Assembly: GCA_963719085.1 (NCBI GenBank)
Contig: CAVRAL010000004.1
Span: forward strand, 224,001-288,000
Direction of reading: 5' to 3'
Origin: a candidate division FCPU426 bacterium
GTDB lineage: Bacteria > Oederibacteriota > Muellerivitia > Muellerivitales > Muellerivitaceae
Length of the DNA stretch: 64,000 bases
Shown here: in pieces, positions 39,380 through 50,275 of the stretch
Layout: every line of letters begins with the position of its first letter
Position numbering within the stretch: the first letter of the stretch is position 1
The notes under the pieces: generated by a model
The model's database searches: none
Told to the model about the DNA's origin: nothing
What the model saw: only the letters and a program-made list of their open reading frames with translations
Made by a program: the position numbers and the translations under genes

Positions 39380-42300
39380 TTATCTTTTATTCTCATTTAA
39401 TGGTGGCAAGCCATTAACAATCTTCATGGTTTCGAGACTAACCGTCACAATGCGCTTTACCAAGTTAAGAATATATTGGGGATCATCGGACCAGTCGTTA
39501 GGATCATTGGTTATCTGGCTGTCTGATTCTATTGAGACTTGATATCGTTCCATAATCCATTCCAGTGCCGGACGACCATTAACTACATAATCATAAGCCC
39601 TCAGCGGAATGTCTTTTAGCGTAATGTGACTGTTATACACAATTGTTGTTTTATCCACTTGTCCATCGAGCTTGCCAAATATCATCTTACGAACCTTATA
39701 AAATTCTTTTGAATTAAGGTCAAACTGATCTTTGCTTACTTCTAGGGGATAGGGGTCAATATCTTCATAGTGGAGATGCCATTTTGCTAAATCTCTGCCA
39801 GCTTTACTGAAAATCCAAAAATCCTGAGCAAAAGGAATTCTAGGAATCATCTTACCGAGATCTGAAGAGAACCGAGTTTTGTATTCAAAAGAATGAAGAA
39901 TGCCATAAACATAATAAAAAATATCTTCTTCCCCAATCTTTTTGTCCGAATATTTCTCCCTAAATAACTTTACCGAAATGTCAGAAATCGCTTTCGATAT
40001 TCCATTCTCTTCATGAAATTGAAACCCCAAATTTTCGGAATTTTCCAGTGATTCAGATTTTTTATTGTATCTCAGCGGAAAACATTGTCCTTTCGAGATC
40101 ATTTCAAGATCAGGCAAAGCGTTAGAAATTAAAGCTGAAAACTCTTTAGTCGCACCTCGCCCCGTTACACAGATCACAAGGTTTTCAGTATTTATATCAG
40201 GAAAATATTTCGGCATTTGATAAACAGTGTTATTAAAACTTCTATTGAAATAAATCCATTGTTTGCAAAATGGTCTATAAAGACTTTTTACGATCGATTC
40301 TTTTTGAAATTTATGTACAATTCCTTTTTCAACGTCCCACTTGAGTTCTCTTGTCCAACTAATTTTTTTCGGATCATTTTCCACAAATCCTTCAATAGAA
40401 ATGTTTTTGCTTTTTGTGGCCGTTTTATAGTCTTCTGTTTGTTCGTTGTAAAATCGAATCATTCGCTTAACGTTAGCGATCAATTCATTTTTATTAAAAT
40501 TATAAACCCACGCATCTCGATTAGTTTTCACTCCCATGGAGTAACTATTAAAAATCGAAATGTTTTTCTCGTCGTCTTTATCACCTAAAGGAATAAATTT
40601 TTCAAAAGTTGGGTCGCGGTGATTTATCCAATCATGACTCGAATTTGGGACAATCTTAGTCCAAGGAATTGCTTTCGAGCTTTCAAACTCGTTAATGATT
40701 TTCAGTTTTTGTTCGCGAGTTAAGTAATCACCAATATCGTGATAAAAAAGTTGGCAAGTTCCCTTTTTTTCAGGATTCTTTATAAGCAAAGTAATTGCTA
40801 TCGAAGTTCGCGTCCCTTCACCAAAGACACTTCCCTTTTCTTTACGTCTCTGCTCACCAGAAGTACGAGCATTCCCTCGAAGGTTAAAACAATAAATAGA
40901 TGTAAAATCGTCCGTTAGACACTTACGGAATCCATCCATAGCATTCCCATCAATAAAAGAACCATTACTGACATAACAGATAACACCCTTTTCACCAATA
41001 CGGTCACCAGCCCAACGAAAAGCTCGAATGTAGGAATCGTAAAGACTATTTTTGAGAGTGGCCGTAGAAAAAGCAGCGTAAGTTTGTCGAATTTTTTCAT
41101 CTAAGCTTGGATATTTTAAATTTTTGTTCCCATCATTTTCGCTCGCTTGTAAAGCTGAGTAAGGTGGATTTCCAACAATAACTCGAATATCTTTTTTCTT
41201 TTGACGCGTAACACGTTCGTTATTTTCAGGAAAATACTTTTCATCCCAAGGACTCTTCGGTTCCGACATTTGAAATGTATCAGTCAGAACAATCCCATCA
41301 AAAGGTTCATACTTTCCACCAGCAAGCCCGTGATAAGCCTCTTCAACATTGATCGCCGCAATGTAATAGGCCAAAAGGACAATTTCATTAGCATGTAGTT
41401 CTTCTTTAAATTTGCGTTTAAGGTCTTCGGGTTTAATCAAACCATTTTGAAGAAGACGAACTATGAAAGTTCCGGTGCCAGTAAACGGATCAAGAATGTT
41501 TACCCCTTTATCAGTGAGCCCAACACCAAATTCTTGCTTTAAAGCCTCGTCCGCGCTTTTGACAATAAAATCAACTACTTCAACTGGTGTATAGACAATT
41601 CCCAAGCGTTCAGCCATCCGAGGGAAAGCAGACCTAAAAAACTTGTCGTATAGCTCCACAATAATCCGCTGTCTACCTTTTGCGTTATCAACACCACTCG
41701 CTCTCTCTTTGACACTTTCATAAAACTTTTCCAATTTTGCAGTTTCCTTCTCTAAACTTGCACCTTCCAAAAGATCAAGCATCTTCTGCATAGCTATAGA
41801 AACGGGGTTTTGTTGGGTAAATTTATAGTTTTCAAAAAGAGCGTCAAAGACTGGTTTAGTAATTAGATGTTGAGAAAGCATTTCAACAGCTTCCTCTTTA
41901 TCAATACTTGGATTGAGATTGTCTTGAAGGCCTTTTAAGAATTCATCAAAAGCGGCTTTATGCTTAGGTTTCGCACCCTTTAACAAACCCTCAATGCGAG
42001 TTTTGTGTCTTTCGGCTATTTCAGCCACATCTTTAGCCCAGCTCTCCCAATAGCGACGGTCACCGCATTTAAGAACAATTTTGGCATAGATGGCATTTCG
42101 CCATTCTTCTATATCTGGAAACTTGAATGCGCTTTGCCCGTATGGGGCCTGCGTTTCATGCGCGCCTGAAGTTTGACCCTCCTCTGCCTTATCACTACCG
42201 CCTACCCCTATTACTTGAATCTGGTCAGGACGGGATTTGTTTAATTCGATTTGATTAACTGTGGCGTTAAAACGGTCGTCATGAGCGCGAAGGGCCTGCA

Positions 42301-44164
42301 AAACCTGCCAAACAACTTTATATTTTTTATTATCTTTTAACGCTTCTTCTGGCGGTGTGTTGGCAGGAACACCTATCGGAAGAATGATGTAACCATACTT
42401 TTTACCTTCGGCTTTTCTCATAACCCGTCCGACAGATTGGACTACGTCCACAACCGAATTACGGGGATTGAGAAACATAACTGCATCAAGAGCTGGAACA
42501 TCTACCCCTTCGGCCAGACAACGAGCATTACTAAGAATACGACAAACATCACCTTCCGAAGCTGTATCAGCTTTAAGCCAATCGAGTCTTTCATTGCGTT
42601 TCAGAGCATTAAAAGTGCCGTCAACGTGCTCAACCTGACAGGCTAGGAAATTGTCATCGTCTTCATGCTGTTTACGATATTGGTCAACAATATCGCCAAA
42701 GAGATTTGTAATTCTTTGAGAATCTTTAATTGATCGACAAAAAGCAACTGCCCGATGCATGTGACCAAGGTCATTGGCGATACCATCTATTTCAGAACCT
42801 TTAACAAAACGCTTACTCAAACCATTCCAGCAACCGGTTATCTTTACGGCATCTTCAAGATTAAGTTCGCTATTACTATCAGCCAACATTTTTTGCAAAG
42901 AATTATTAACGTAACTCTCATCAACAGCCAGAACCATGACTTTGTAATCCGAAAGCAAGTCTTTACGAACAGCTTCAGAAAAATCCAAACGATAAAACTC
43001 TTTCCCATAAAGCGATTCGTCATCCATTGAACAGATTTCCGCATTTGCCTCTTCGGCCTTGGTTCTTGATTCATCACTGTAAATACGCGGAGTGGCCGTC
43101 ATATAAAGGCGTTTACCGCCTTTTATGAATTTCGGATCGTGAACTTTAACGAAATGGGATTCATCATCCCCTTCCAAAGTTACGCCTGTCGTTCTATGCG
43201 CTTCGTCGCAAATAATTAGATCAAAATCAGGCGCGCCTAACTTTTGGGCCTCTGAAATAACTTTAATAGATTGGTAGGTACTGAAAATAACCGTTAATTG
43301 CTTTTTACCGCCAAAAGCTTTTAATTGTGCCGCAAGTTTCTTTGCGTTAGTTGTTGCTGGTAATGGAAGATCGTGAGCTTGTATATCTTCACTCTCATTT
43401 TTCCTACCCACCTTAACATCTGAGCAAACCGCAAAATTATGAAGGGAAGCTTCTGCTTCCGCAGTCCACTCTCTTAGCGTTTGAGAAACAAGTGAGATTG
43501 AAGGCGCCAAAAAAAGAATAAATCCTTTCTCTCCCGCCATCTTTTCAGCGATTTTAAGAGAAGTGAAAGTTTTGCCCGTTCCACAAGCCATGATTAGTTT
43601 GCCGCGATCAGCTTTTTTAAATCCTTCAAGTGCATTGGAAAGAGCTTCTTTTTGATGATCTCTAAGTCTCTTTTTCTCTTTTAGTTTTATATTTTGAGGG
43701 CGGCTAAGGCTGAATTGGTTCCAATCAATCGGACTGTTAGCGAGGTCTTGAACCCTTAAGCGGGTAACCGGTGTCCGTTGGTTTTCCAAAGCTTCTTCAG
43801 CATGATTACTCCACTTGTCAGTAGTGGAAACGATCATTCGAGTGGTAAACGGCTCTTTACCTGAAGTAGTAAAAAATGAATCTATATCAGCTTTTTGGAG
43901 ATTGTAGTTAGGGTCATAAAATTTGCACTGAATGGCGCAAAATTCACCCGTATAGCGATCTTTAGCTACAAGGTCGATGCCAGTATCAGGCTTCTTTCCA
44001 CGGCCAGGCCATTCCGACCAAAGCCAAACGTCACTAAATTGATCTTTGTATATTGGGTCAGTGACAAGATAGTTGGCAATTAAACGTTCAAACTTATCAC
44101 CCAAGTCACGATTAGAGGTTGCCGCTTGTCTGAATTCTTCCAGCAACGTATGTATTGTTGTCAT
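39380..44164 (-). CDS. type ISP restriction-modification enzyme (LlaGI/LlaBIII-like)
   Basis: Mrr-like GIDLV...AIQCK; helicase MACGTGKT, DEAHR, QSVGRVMRK; methyltransferase DPFTGTG and NPPY; C-terminal TRD with YRPF. Confidence 0.93.
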   Translation of the reverse strand: MTTIHTLLEEFRQAATSNRDLGDKFERLIANYLVTDPIYKDQFSDVWLWSEWPGRGKKPDTGIDLVAKDRYTGEFCAIQCKFYDPNYNLQKADIDSFFTTSGKEPFTTRMIVSTTDKWSNHAEEALENQRTPVTRLRVQDLANSPIDWNQFSLSRPQNIKLKEKKRLRDHQKEALSNALEGFKKADRGKLIMACGTGKTFTSLKIAEKMAGEKGFILFLAPSISLVSQTLREWTAEAEASLHNFAVCSDVKVGRKNESEDIQAHDLPLPATTNAKKLAAQLKAFGGKKQLTVIFSTYQSIKVISEAQKLGAPDFDLIICDEAHRTTGVTLEGDDESHFVKVHDPKFIKGGKRLYMTATPRIYSDESRTKAEEANAEICSMDDESLYGKEFYRLDFSEAVRKDLLSDYKVMVLAVDESYVNNSLQKMLADSNSELNLEDAVKITGCWNGLSKRFVKGSEIDGIANDLGHMHRAVAFCRSIKDSQRITNLFGDIVDQYRKQHEDDDNFLACQVEHVDGTFNALKRNERLDWLKADTASEGDVCRILSNARCLAEGVDVPALDAVMFLNPRNSVVDVVQSVGRVMRKAEGKKYGYIILPIGVPANTPPEEALKDNKKYKVVWQVLQALRAHDDRFNATVNQIELNKSRPDQIQVIGVGGSDKAEEGQTSGAHETQAPYGQSAFKFPDIEEWRNAIYAKIVLKCGDRRYWESWAKDVAEIAERHKTRIEGLLKGAKPKHKAAFDEFLKGLQDNLNPSIDKEEAVEMLSQHLITKPVFDALFENYKFTQQNPVSIAMQKMLDLLEGASLEKETAKLEKFYESVKERASGVDNAKGRQRIIVELYDKFFRSAFPRMAERLGIVYTPVEVVDFIVKSADEALKQEFGVGLTDKGVNILDPFTGTGTFIVRLLQNGLIKPEDLKRKFKEELHANEIVLLAYYIAAINVEEAYHGLAGGKYEPFDGIVLTDTFQMSEPKSPWDEKYFPENNERVTRQKKKDIRVIVGNPPYSALQASENDGNKNLKYPSLDEKIRQTYAAFSTATLKNSLYDSYIRAFRWAGDRIGEKGVICYVSNGSFIDGNAMDGFRKCLTDDFTSIYCFNLRGNARTSGEQRRKEKGSVFGEGTRTSIAITLLIKNPEKKGTCQLFYHDIGDYLTREQKLKIINEFESSKAIPWTKIVPNSSHDWINHRDPTFEKFIPLGDKDDEKNISIFNSYSMGVKTNRDAWVYNFNKNELIANVKRMIRFYNEQTEDYKTATKSKNISIEGFVENDPKKISWTRELKWDVEKGIVHKFQKESIVKSLYRPFCKQWIYFNRSFNNTVYQMPKYFPDINTENLVICVTGRGATKEFSALISNALPDLEMISKGQCFPLRYNKKSESLENSENLGFQFHEENGISKAISDISVKLFREKYSDKKIGEEDIFYYVYGILHSFEYKTRFSSDLGKMIPRIPFAQDFWIFSKAGRDLAKWHLHYEDIDPYPLEVSKDQFDLNSKEFYKVRKMIFGKLDGQVDKTTIVYNSHITLKDIPLRAYDYVVNGRPALEWIMERYQVSIESDSQITNDPNDWSDDPQYILNLVKRIVTVSLETMKIVNGLPPLNENKR

Positions 44165-44290
44165 AGCCCCAACTTATTCAAAATTAATACAAATGATCTT
44201 GTTTAATATGGTCTCTCTCGAAAAACCCGTCTGATTCTACGCTTCCACGCCAAAGTTTTCTCAACTTTATTTGGATGGCTCAAACAGCTG

Positions 44291-46003
44291 TTATTTTTCG
44301 TTCCCCTTCAAAAACTCCCCATCCCATAACCTGTTTTGATCTATTTCCTTCTGATCCGCGAGATGTTCTTTTATGAAATTTTGAACCCGAGGAATACCTG
44401 CCGAATCGAGCAACGCCCGTTTAAGCCATTCAGTAAATGCTTCTTTTGAGCCTTCTCGTAAATAAACATTTCCAATTTCAAGGAAAATTCGAATTTCAAG
44501 AATCTGCGGCAAATTGACACTTGATACTCGATATCTACTCTTCAAATAACTTTCAAAAACAGAAACTATGTCCGCAATATTCCACGGGAATTTTTGTTTG
44601 GTAATAACATAATATGCAATAGTTTCAATTGAACATTTATCAAATAACGCCACATGCTTTTCAGCAACTTTTTCCCATTCGGGACGTTTTAATTCCGTTT
44701 TGATAACTCGATTATATAAGACATATTCCACAAGCATTCTTCGCCGATTATCTTCGTCCACCTGGCCGAATTGTTGTTCAAAGACTTTAAATAATTCATC
44801 CAGAGAAGTCAGGCCGTTTTTATCACCTATCAAAGCACTTTGAAATTCTTGAAAAAATCCGGTTAAATATTCACCGCATCTTTGAGATGTAAACCCCGCA
44901 TGATTTCCAATCCAATACTCAGGAGCCAATCTCATTTTGAACATTCCCGGTAAATCGGAATACCAGTCATACTGTTCTTTTTCAAGATGTTCCCCACGGG
45001 CAATAAATTGTTCAATAACATGGTTCGCCAATCGAAACATGCCCCTATACGATAAATAAGGTGAGTTCTCCCAAACAAACGCATCGGCACGGGCAATCAC
45101 AGGTACTTTCAATTGATCGAGAATCGGTTTGAGAACATGAGCAAATTCTGAGCGGAATTTATAAGCTTCTGAAAGCGCCTTACGAAGTTCGCTTTTTCGA
45201 ATAGGTCTTTGAATGTCGGTTATTTCTTGAATAAAGTAATCATCCGTAACATGAGAAAGAATAAATTCGACAAATTGAAATTGCGATTTAACGTGTGCTG
45301 ATTCCAATAAAACTTTTCTAATTTCCTGTATCTTTTCAATGCTTAATTCAACTTCTACAGTTTCAAGTTTTCTTTTTACATCTTCGTGGTAATCATCCCA
45401 AGTTGCAGTAAAACCGCTATGTCCTATGGACAGGGATTCCAATGCAAAAACAAGAAGTGTGTAAGCCAGATCAATGTTGTAGTTCAGAACAACCAAAGAA
45501 TTTTCAATTGTCTCAAGACATCGAATAACAGCTTTATACTTCGCGCGCGGCAAACCTATTACCTTTTTAACGAACTTCTCAAAATCATCTACAGTTTTAG
45601 GACTACCAAGTACTTGTTTACTACAATAACCAGACACAAAAGCCGCAGGAACGTAAACATCTCCTTTAGTTATCTGCTCTCTTCGGCACTGGTAAATAAT
45701 GTCTTGTTCGTTTTTGGCAAAAAAAGATTTAAAACCAAACATAGCCAAAAGCCTAAACTGGACCCTTATTTCTTCATCATCGGCTAAAACCACCACACCA
45801 GCTTTCTGCGGCGCTTTCTCCAGTTGATTAACAAAATTAAAAACATAAGAATTAACTAACGAATATCGATCAACCCCATCAAGGTCACCGACACATGTCT
45901 TTATTGCACCTATCCAAGCAAAGTTTGAGTAATAGATGGCTTTTTCATTACTTGTATTTCGTTCTTCGGAATTAAAAAACTTCCCAGAAATTATCTGTAA
46001 CAA
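44291..46003 (-). CDS. hypothetical protein, possible HEPN (ApeA-like) RNase
   Basis: LVFALESL helix followed by an Rx4H motif (FRSEFAH). Confidence 0.5.
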   Translation of the reverse strand: MLQIISGKFFNSEERNTSNEKAIYYSNFAWIGAIKTCVGDLDGVDRYSLVNSYVFNFVNQLEKAPQKAGVVVLADDEEIRVQFRLLAMFGFKSFFAKNEQDIIYQCRREQITKGDVYVPAAFVSGYCSKQVLGSPKTVDDFEKFVKKVIGLPRAKYKAVIRCLETIENSLVVLNYNIDLAYTLLVFALESLSIGHSGFTATWDDYHEDVKRKLETVEVELSIEKIQEIRKVLLESAHVKSQFQFVEFILSHVTDDYFIQEITDIQRPIRKSELRKALSEAYKFRSEFAHVLKPILDQLKVPVIARADAFVWENSPYLSYRGMFRLANHVIEQFIARGEHLEKEQYDWYSDLPGMFKMRLAPEYWIGNHAGFTSQRCGEYLTGFFQEFQSALIGDKNGLTSLDELFKVFEQQFGQVDEDNRRRMLVEYVLYNRVIKTELKRPEWEKVAEKHVALFDKCSIETIAYYVITKQKFPWNIADIVSVFESYLKSRYRVSSVNLPQILEIRIFLEIGNVYLREGSKEAFTEWLKRALLDSAGIPRVQNFIKEHLADQKEIDQNRLWDGEFLKGNEK

Positions 46004-46097
46004 AATTACGCCTCTTTATCCGCTGTTCTTCCATAACACATCGCTTTAATCATATCTCTGAATAACGATCTGTATCACCACAAACCGCTTTTCAGAT

Positions 46098-46568
46098 TCA
46101 ATTGTCTAAAGACCCTTCGTGTTCGGTGTATTCCTCCGTCGTCCATTTATGCCCGCAAAGCGGGTCTTTACATTCCCAAAAGTGGCAGATCGTTTCATTA
46201 ACCATTTTGACCTGCTCCAATCGACTGACTTCATACCCCTGATTTGGGGTAAAAATTTCATTGGAATAGAGAACCCCATGGTCAATCCGCTCCACCGTTT
46301 CGAGATTTTCCCATTGTTCGATAACCTCGCCTTTAACGAATTGCCTTTTCCAGAACCGCTTGCACTGAGGACATCGGCTTTGGAATGCTTTCACCAAGCA
46401 CCAAACCGCCGGCTTTAAGGTGATGCAGTACAGCGGATAAAAAACAAACCAGAAGGCCTTTAGGACAAAACAGACCGCGCCTAAAGCCATCATCAGAAGA
46501 AACACGGCCAATACCACGGCGAGCCCAAATAAAAACAGATAAGCCAAAAAGCTAAATAAGGTATGCAT
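46098..46568 (-). CDS. membrane protein with split Zn-ribbon
   Basis: Hydrophobic N-terminus; CPQC...CKDPLC. Confidence 0.6.
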   Translation of the reverse strand: MHTLFSFLAYLFLFGLAVVLAVFLLMMALGAVCFVLKAFWFVFYPLYCITLKPAVWCLVKAFQSRCPQCKRFWKRQFVKGEVIEQWENLETVERIDHGVLYSNEIFTPNQGYEVSRLEQVKMVNETICHFWECKDPLCGHKWTTEEYTEHEGSLDN

Positions 46569-46717
46569 AGTTCCCCCTTTGCCGGGCTAATAACATGCTG
46601 AAAAAATCCCCCGAACGGATTTTTTCAGCCGACAACATCTACGGTAACCCCACGATTCCTGCTGAATCTTTGGGGTGACAGGCTGCTTTGTAGCTCTATT
46701 ACTTTTTTAGCAACCTG

Positions 46718-47194
46718 CTAAAGCAGCCCGGCTTGTCTAAAAGAAAAGTGACCTTCATGAGTAACGATTAAATGGTCATGAACCGCTATGCCCAAAGCCC
46801 TTGAGGCGGTCACGATCTGACGGGTTAACTGCTTATCGCCTTCACTGGGTTCCAAGCTTCCGGCGGGGTGGTTGTGGGAAAATATCAGCCCCGTGGCGTT
46901 TAATTCCAAAGCCAATTTCAAAATCTCTCTGGGATAAACCGCCGTATGGTCTACCGTGCCTTCGGTATTCAAAACCACATCCAAAACATGATTACGATGG
47001 TCTAGGTACATGGTCAAAAAAGCTTCCTTGGCCCTGCCGCCAATGTACTTACGGAAATATTCGGCGGCGTTTTGGGGCTCGCTAACGACGGGGCCTCTTT
47101 TGTAATCCATTCGTGCTTCGGCCCATGAGGTAACGGGAATGGTCGGCGGGGGAAGGGCATCCACACTCAATTTCAGTTCAAGTTGCTTTTTCAT
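46718..47194 (-). CDS. RadC-like JAB/MPN domain protein
   Basis: GTVDHTAVYPRE, HNHPAG...PSEGD, VHDHLIV; start MKKQLEL after GGAGG. Confidence 0.9.
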   Translation of the reverse strand: MKKQLELKLSVDALPPPTIPVTSWAEARMDYKRGPVVSEPQNAAEYFRKYIGGRAKEAFLTMYLDHRNHVLDVVLNTEGTVDHTAVYPREILKLALELNATGLIFSHNHPAGSLEPSEGDKQLTRQIVTASRALGIAVHDHLIVTHEGHFSFRQAGLL

Positions 47195-47901
47195 ATAACG
47201 GCCTCCTTTTTTCATCTGGTTTTTCTGAAGGTTTTTTGCCTTTGAAAAACCGCCTTCCGCCTCCCCCCTTGCCCAAAAGAGGGGGGAGGAAGAAGGCCAT
47301 AGAGGAGGTTTGAGCGTTCGCGCTGACAGGACCAAAAACGAATGGGATACCAAACGAAGGGAGGCCATCCCTTAACTTTTGTGACAGCCGCCCTTTGGCT
47401 GGCGCAAAAGTTGCCTTGCAAGGGTGGCCGTGAAGGGATAAACAGGGTCTAGGGGCAGGGCGAACGATCAAAACTTTCCATCGTTCTAAGCCCTAAAACG
47501 GATGACCATCTACGGGGTTTGACTTGAGTTGGGCTTAATACAGCTGTGGGGACATCTACTTGGTGGTTAATGACTGATCACCTTAACCACTGATACTTTG
47601 AACTTCTCTTGAACCGACTTAAAACGACTGACTATTCACAAGCTTCACAATCTAAGATTCCTTCATCTTTAACTTCTCTTATACCTAATCACCTTCTTTC
47701 CTCAGGCTTATCAATTCGGCTTTCTTCACCTCCCAGTTCTTTTTCTTCTCTTCTTCATCCTTCCACTTCCCCGCTAATTGCCCAGCCTACCTCTTACCTC
47801 ACCACCCACTACTTCTTTACCCATCCCCCATATCCTTCTCTATGCCTTTGTGTTCCATGATTCTTCTCATCTCGTCTTTGAGGGTTTTTCCATGCGGAGA
47901 G

Positions 47902-47950
47902 GGCGACCCCCCCTATCGACTTTCTTGATGCATAGATAGGGGGGGTCGCC
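47902..47950. repeat. perfect 16-bp inverted repeat
   Basis: GGCGACCCCCCCTATC-N17-GATAGGGGGGGTCGCC. Confidence 0.85.
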
Positions 47951-48162
47951 ATCGGAGTGTGGAAAAACCCGCCTTAAAAAGCCAAAAACGCCAAAATCAT
48001 AGTTCCATGGCACGGAACTACTTGTGGCACAACTTGGTTCGGTATGAGGGGGATGGGAAACATGGTTTGAGGTGTTTTGCGAAGGCGCTTCGATGCTATT
48101 TTCGACATTGCTTCCCCGGACTTATCGGGTTCTGGGTATCAACATCTTCGGAGGACAAACAA

Positions 48163-48450
48163 ATGGACGACAAGCTCTTTAAGCTTCCCTATCACGGCAA
48201 TAAGGTATTCAAACGGTCTGATCTATTCCCGGATAACCTGCCGGAATTCATGACCCTGAAAGCCATCGAAAAGGTCTATTCCATCAAACCCCAAACCATG
48301 CGCGATCTCTTAAGCCGACACCGGACAACCGGCATCCCCGCCCCGTTCATTTACCTACCCGGCTGTAAGCCCCTGCTGATTAAGCGGACTTCCTTTGAGG
48401 ACTGGCTATTGGCCCAAAGCAATGTGATTAAGGTTAAAAAGGAGGGCTGA
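48163..48450 (+). CDS. excisionase/MerR-type HTH small DNA-binding protein
   Basis: FMTLKAIEKVYSIKPQTMRD...GIPAP...LLIKRTSFEDWL; GGAGG RBS; directly upstream of an integrase. Confidence 0.6.
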   Translation: MDDKLFKLPYHGNKVFKRSDLFPDNLPEFMTLKAIEKVYSIKPQTMRDLLSRHRTTGIPAPFIYLPGCKPLLIKRTSFEDWLLAQSNVIKVKKEG

Positions 48451-48484
48451 CCTGGGATATTCAAAAATAAGGAGTGTTTAACTA

Positions 48485-49663
48485 ATGGCTTTTTTAAAGA
48501 TGAAGGTCAAACAATGCGAGGATAACCGTGAAGAGCTGAGAGCCTATGCCTACGATTCTTACGTGCTGAATGGGCAACAAAAGCAATTTTCTGTCCATAG
48601 ATTCGGCTTATGTCGCGATAAAGCCGATGCGAATGAACGTTTCAAAAAATGGCTAAAAACTTACAAAGAAGCCAAAGCCCAAAAGCGGCTATTACCTAAG
48701 ACCCCAACTTTGCAGGAATTCGCACCTTTATACCTTGAACGAAATGAACAGTTAACCGGCAACAAACACCAAAGCAAAGCCTCGTTGAAACACCTCATTA
48801 GACACCTTGGGAAACGCCCTTTAGATCAAATCACAAGGCTGGTCGTTTTGAACTATCGGGATTCCAGGACAAGTGAACCCATTAAAACAAAAGGCAAAAA
48901 TAAGGGAAAATTTCCGAGCCCCAAAACCATTAACCACGAACTTTCAACCCTATCCAGCTTGGTACGAAAAGCTCTCGAACTTGAACAGATCAAAGAACAT
49001 CCCTTTTTAAAATACGGCATCAGCCTTAAACGAAACTTCTTCTTAAAAGTAGTTCAAACCCCAAAACCCGCCCTAACCCGCCAAGAGTTTATGTCCCTCA
49101 TGGAAAGCACTACTGAAGAACGTTCGAAGGTAATTACCTTGCTCTATGCCGTAACGGGAATGCGCCAAGGCGAACTGATAAACTTACGGTTGACCGACAT
49201 TGATTTAGACCAAAACCGAATTACCTTTAGAGCACCGAAGACAGGTGACTTTAGGACGTTGGCAATCCCTAGCGTCTTAAAACCCCTCTTTGAAAAGCTT
49301 CTCACTCACCTGCCCTTAAGAACAGGCTGGCAGAAACGGAAACCCTATCAACGAGAACATATCCTTTGTAACCAAAAGGGTGAACAACAGAAGACGCCGG
49401 GGAAGGATTTTATGACTCAAGCCGCTCAAAGGGCCGGTATTAAAAAGCACGTCACGCCCCACATTTTAAGACATTCGTTTTGCTCCCATGCGGCCAACCA
49501 TGTCAATATTTGGGAGCTTAAAGAACTAATGGGACATAAAAACATCACCACCACGGAGATTTACGTTAAAACCTTCAAAACGCCTGATGTAGAGACAGCC
49601 AACAAAATTACAGGAAGTTTGGGGATTGATGCCAACTTTTTAAACTCGGTCTTATCGAATTAG
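48485..49663 (+). CDS. second tyrosine recombinase/integrase
   Basis: TGMRQGEL, PKTG, PHILRHSF, MGHKNITTTEIY. Confidence 0.92.
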   Translation: MAFLKMKVKQCEDNREELRAYAYDSYVLNGQQKQFSVHRFGLCRDKADANERFKKWLKTYKEAKAQKRLLPKTPTLQEFAPLYLERNEQLTGNKHQSKASLKHLIRHLGKRPLDQITRLVVLNYRDSRTSEPIKTKGKNKGKFPSPKTINHELSTLSSLVRKALELEQIKEHPFLKYGISLKRNFFLKVVQTPKPALTRQEFMSLMESTTEERSKVITLLYAVTGMRQGELINLRLTDIDLDQNRITFRAPKTGDFRTLAIPSVLKPLFEKLLTHLPLRTGWQKRKPYQREHILCNQKGEQQKTPGKDFMTQAAQRAGIKKHVTPHILRHSFCSHAANHVNIWELKELMGHKNITTTEIYVKTFKTPDVETANKITGSLGIDANFLNSVLSN

Positions 49664-49689
49664 GGAAACCCGATAAAGAGACAAGCCTT

Positions 49690-49899
49690 TCATTGGAGCT
49701 TTCTTCTTTCCCTTGCATGAAGCTTCGCATGTTCACTTCTGCTCATATTGACGAGATTGCTTTCTCTGAAGTTTTTTGGATTCCCATCTATATGATGCGT
49801 GACTTGACCTTTTTTGGGTTGGGCTACAGTTCTATGAACCAATTTTCCGCTATCATTCCAGACAGGATAACCTTTTGGATTGTAATGAAACCTTCCCAT
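49690..49899 (-). CDS. small HNH endonuclease domain protein
   Basis: VHRTVA...HHIDGNPKNFRESNL...SEHAKLH. Confidence 0.8.
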   Translation of the reverse strand: MGRFHYNPKGYPVWNDSGKLVHRTVAQPKKGQVTHHIDGNPKNFRESNLVNMSRSEHAKLHARERRKLQ

Positions 49900-49927
49900 A
49901 GCTTACTCCTTTCAATGTGAACTTCGC

Positions 49928-50275
49928 TTACGCGCTCAACCTTACGTGAAAAAGCCAGACATCGACGATCATGTGAAACTCATATTCTTCCAGAGGCATC
50001 CCGTGTCTGAGTTTGGTGGCGATTCGACGGCCAAAATCGGCTTGCTCTCCCTTTGCCTCCGGTGAGGGCTCAACTATCTCGAGGGCAAATTTCAACAAAT
50101 CCCCGGTCAACCGTTCATTACTAATCAGCTTCCTCTTGATTTGGCCACAGCGCCAGTTTCGGAGTTTGCGGGCCTCCTCTTTTTCAGGATTCCGGAACGC
50201 GCGGGCGAAACAATCTTCCATGAACAAATCTTCCGGCCAAACCAATTCAAACGGCTTCTTTGGCTCTTTTTTCAT
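49928..50275 (-). CDS. hypothetical protein
   Basis: ORF with GGGGGAG RBS; no recognised motif. Confidence 0.55.
   Translation of the reverse strand: MKKEPKKPFELVWPEDLFMEDCFARAFRNPEKEEARKLRNWRCGQIKRKLISNERLTGDLLKFALEIVEPSPEAKGEQADFGRRIATKLRHGMPLEEYEFHMIVDVWLFHVRLSA

Noticed and set aside
47609..47860. Ser/Pro/Leu-rich 83-aa ORF
   Set aside because: By-product of the pyrimidine-rich tract; no RBS or recognisable domain
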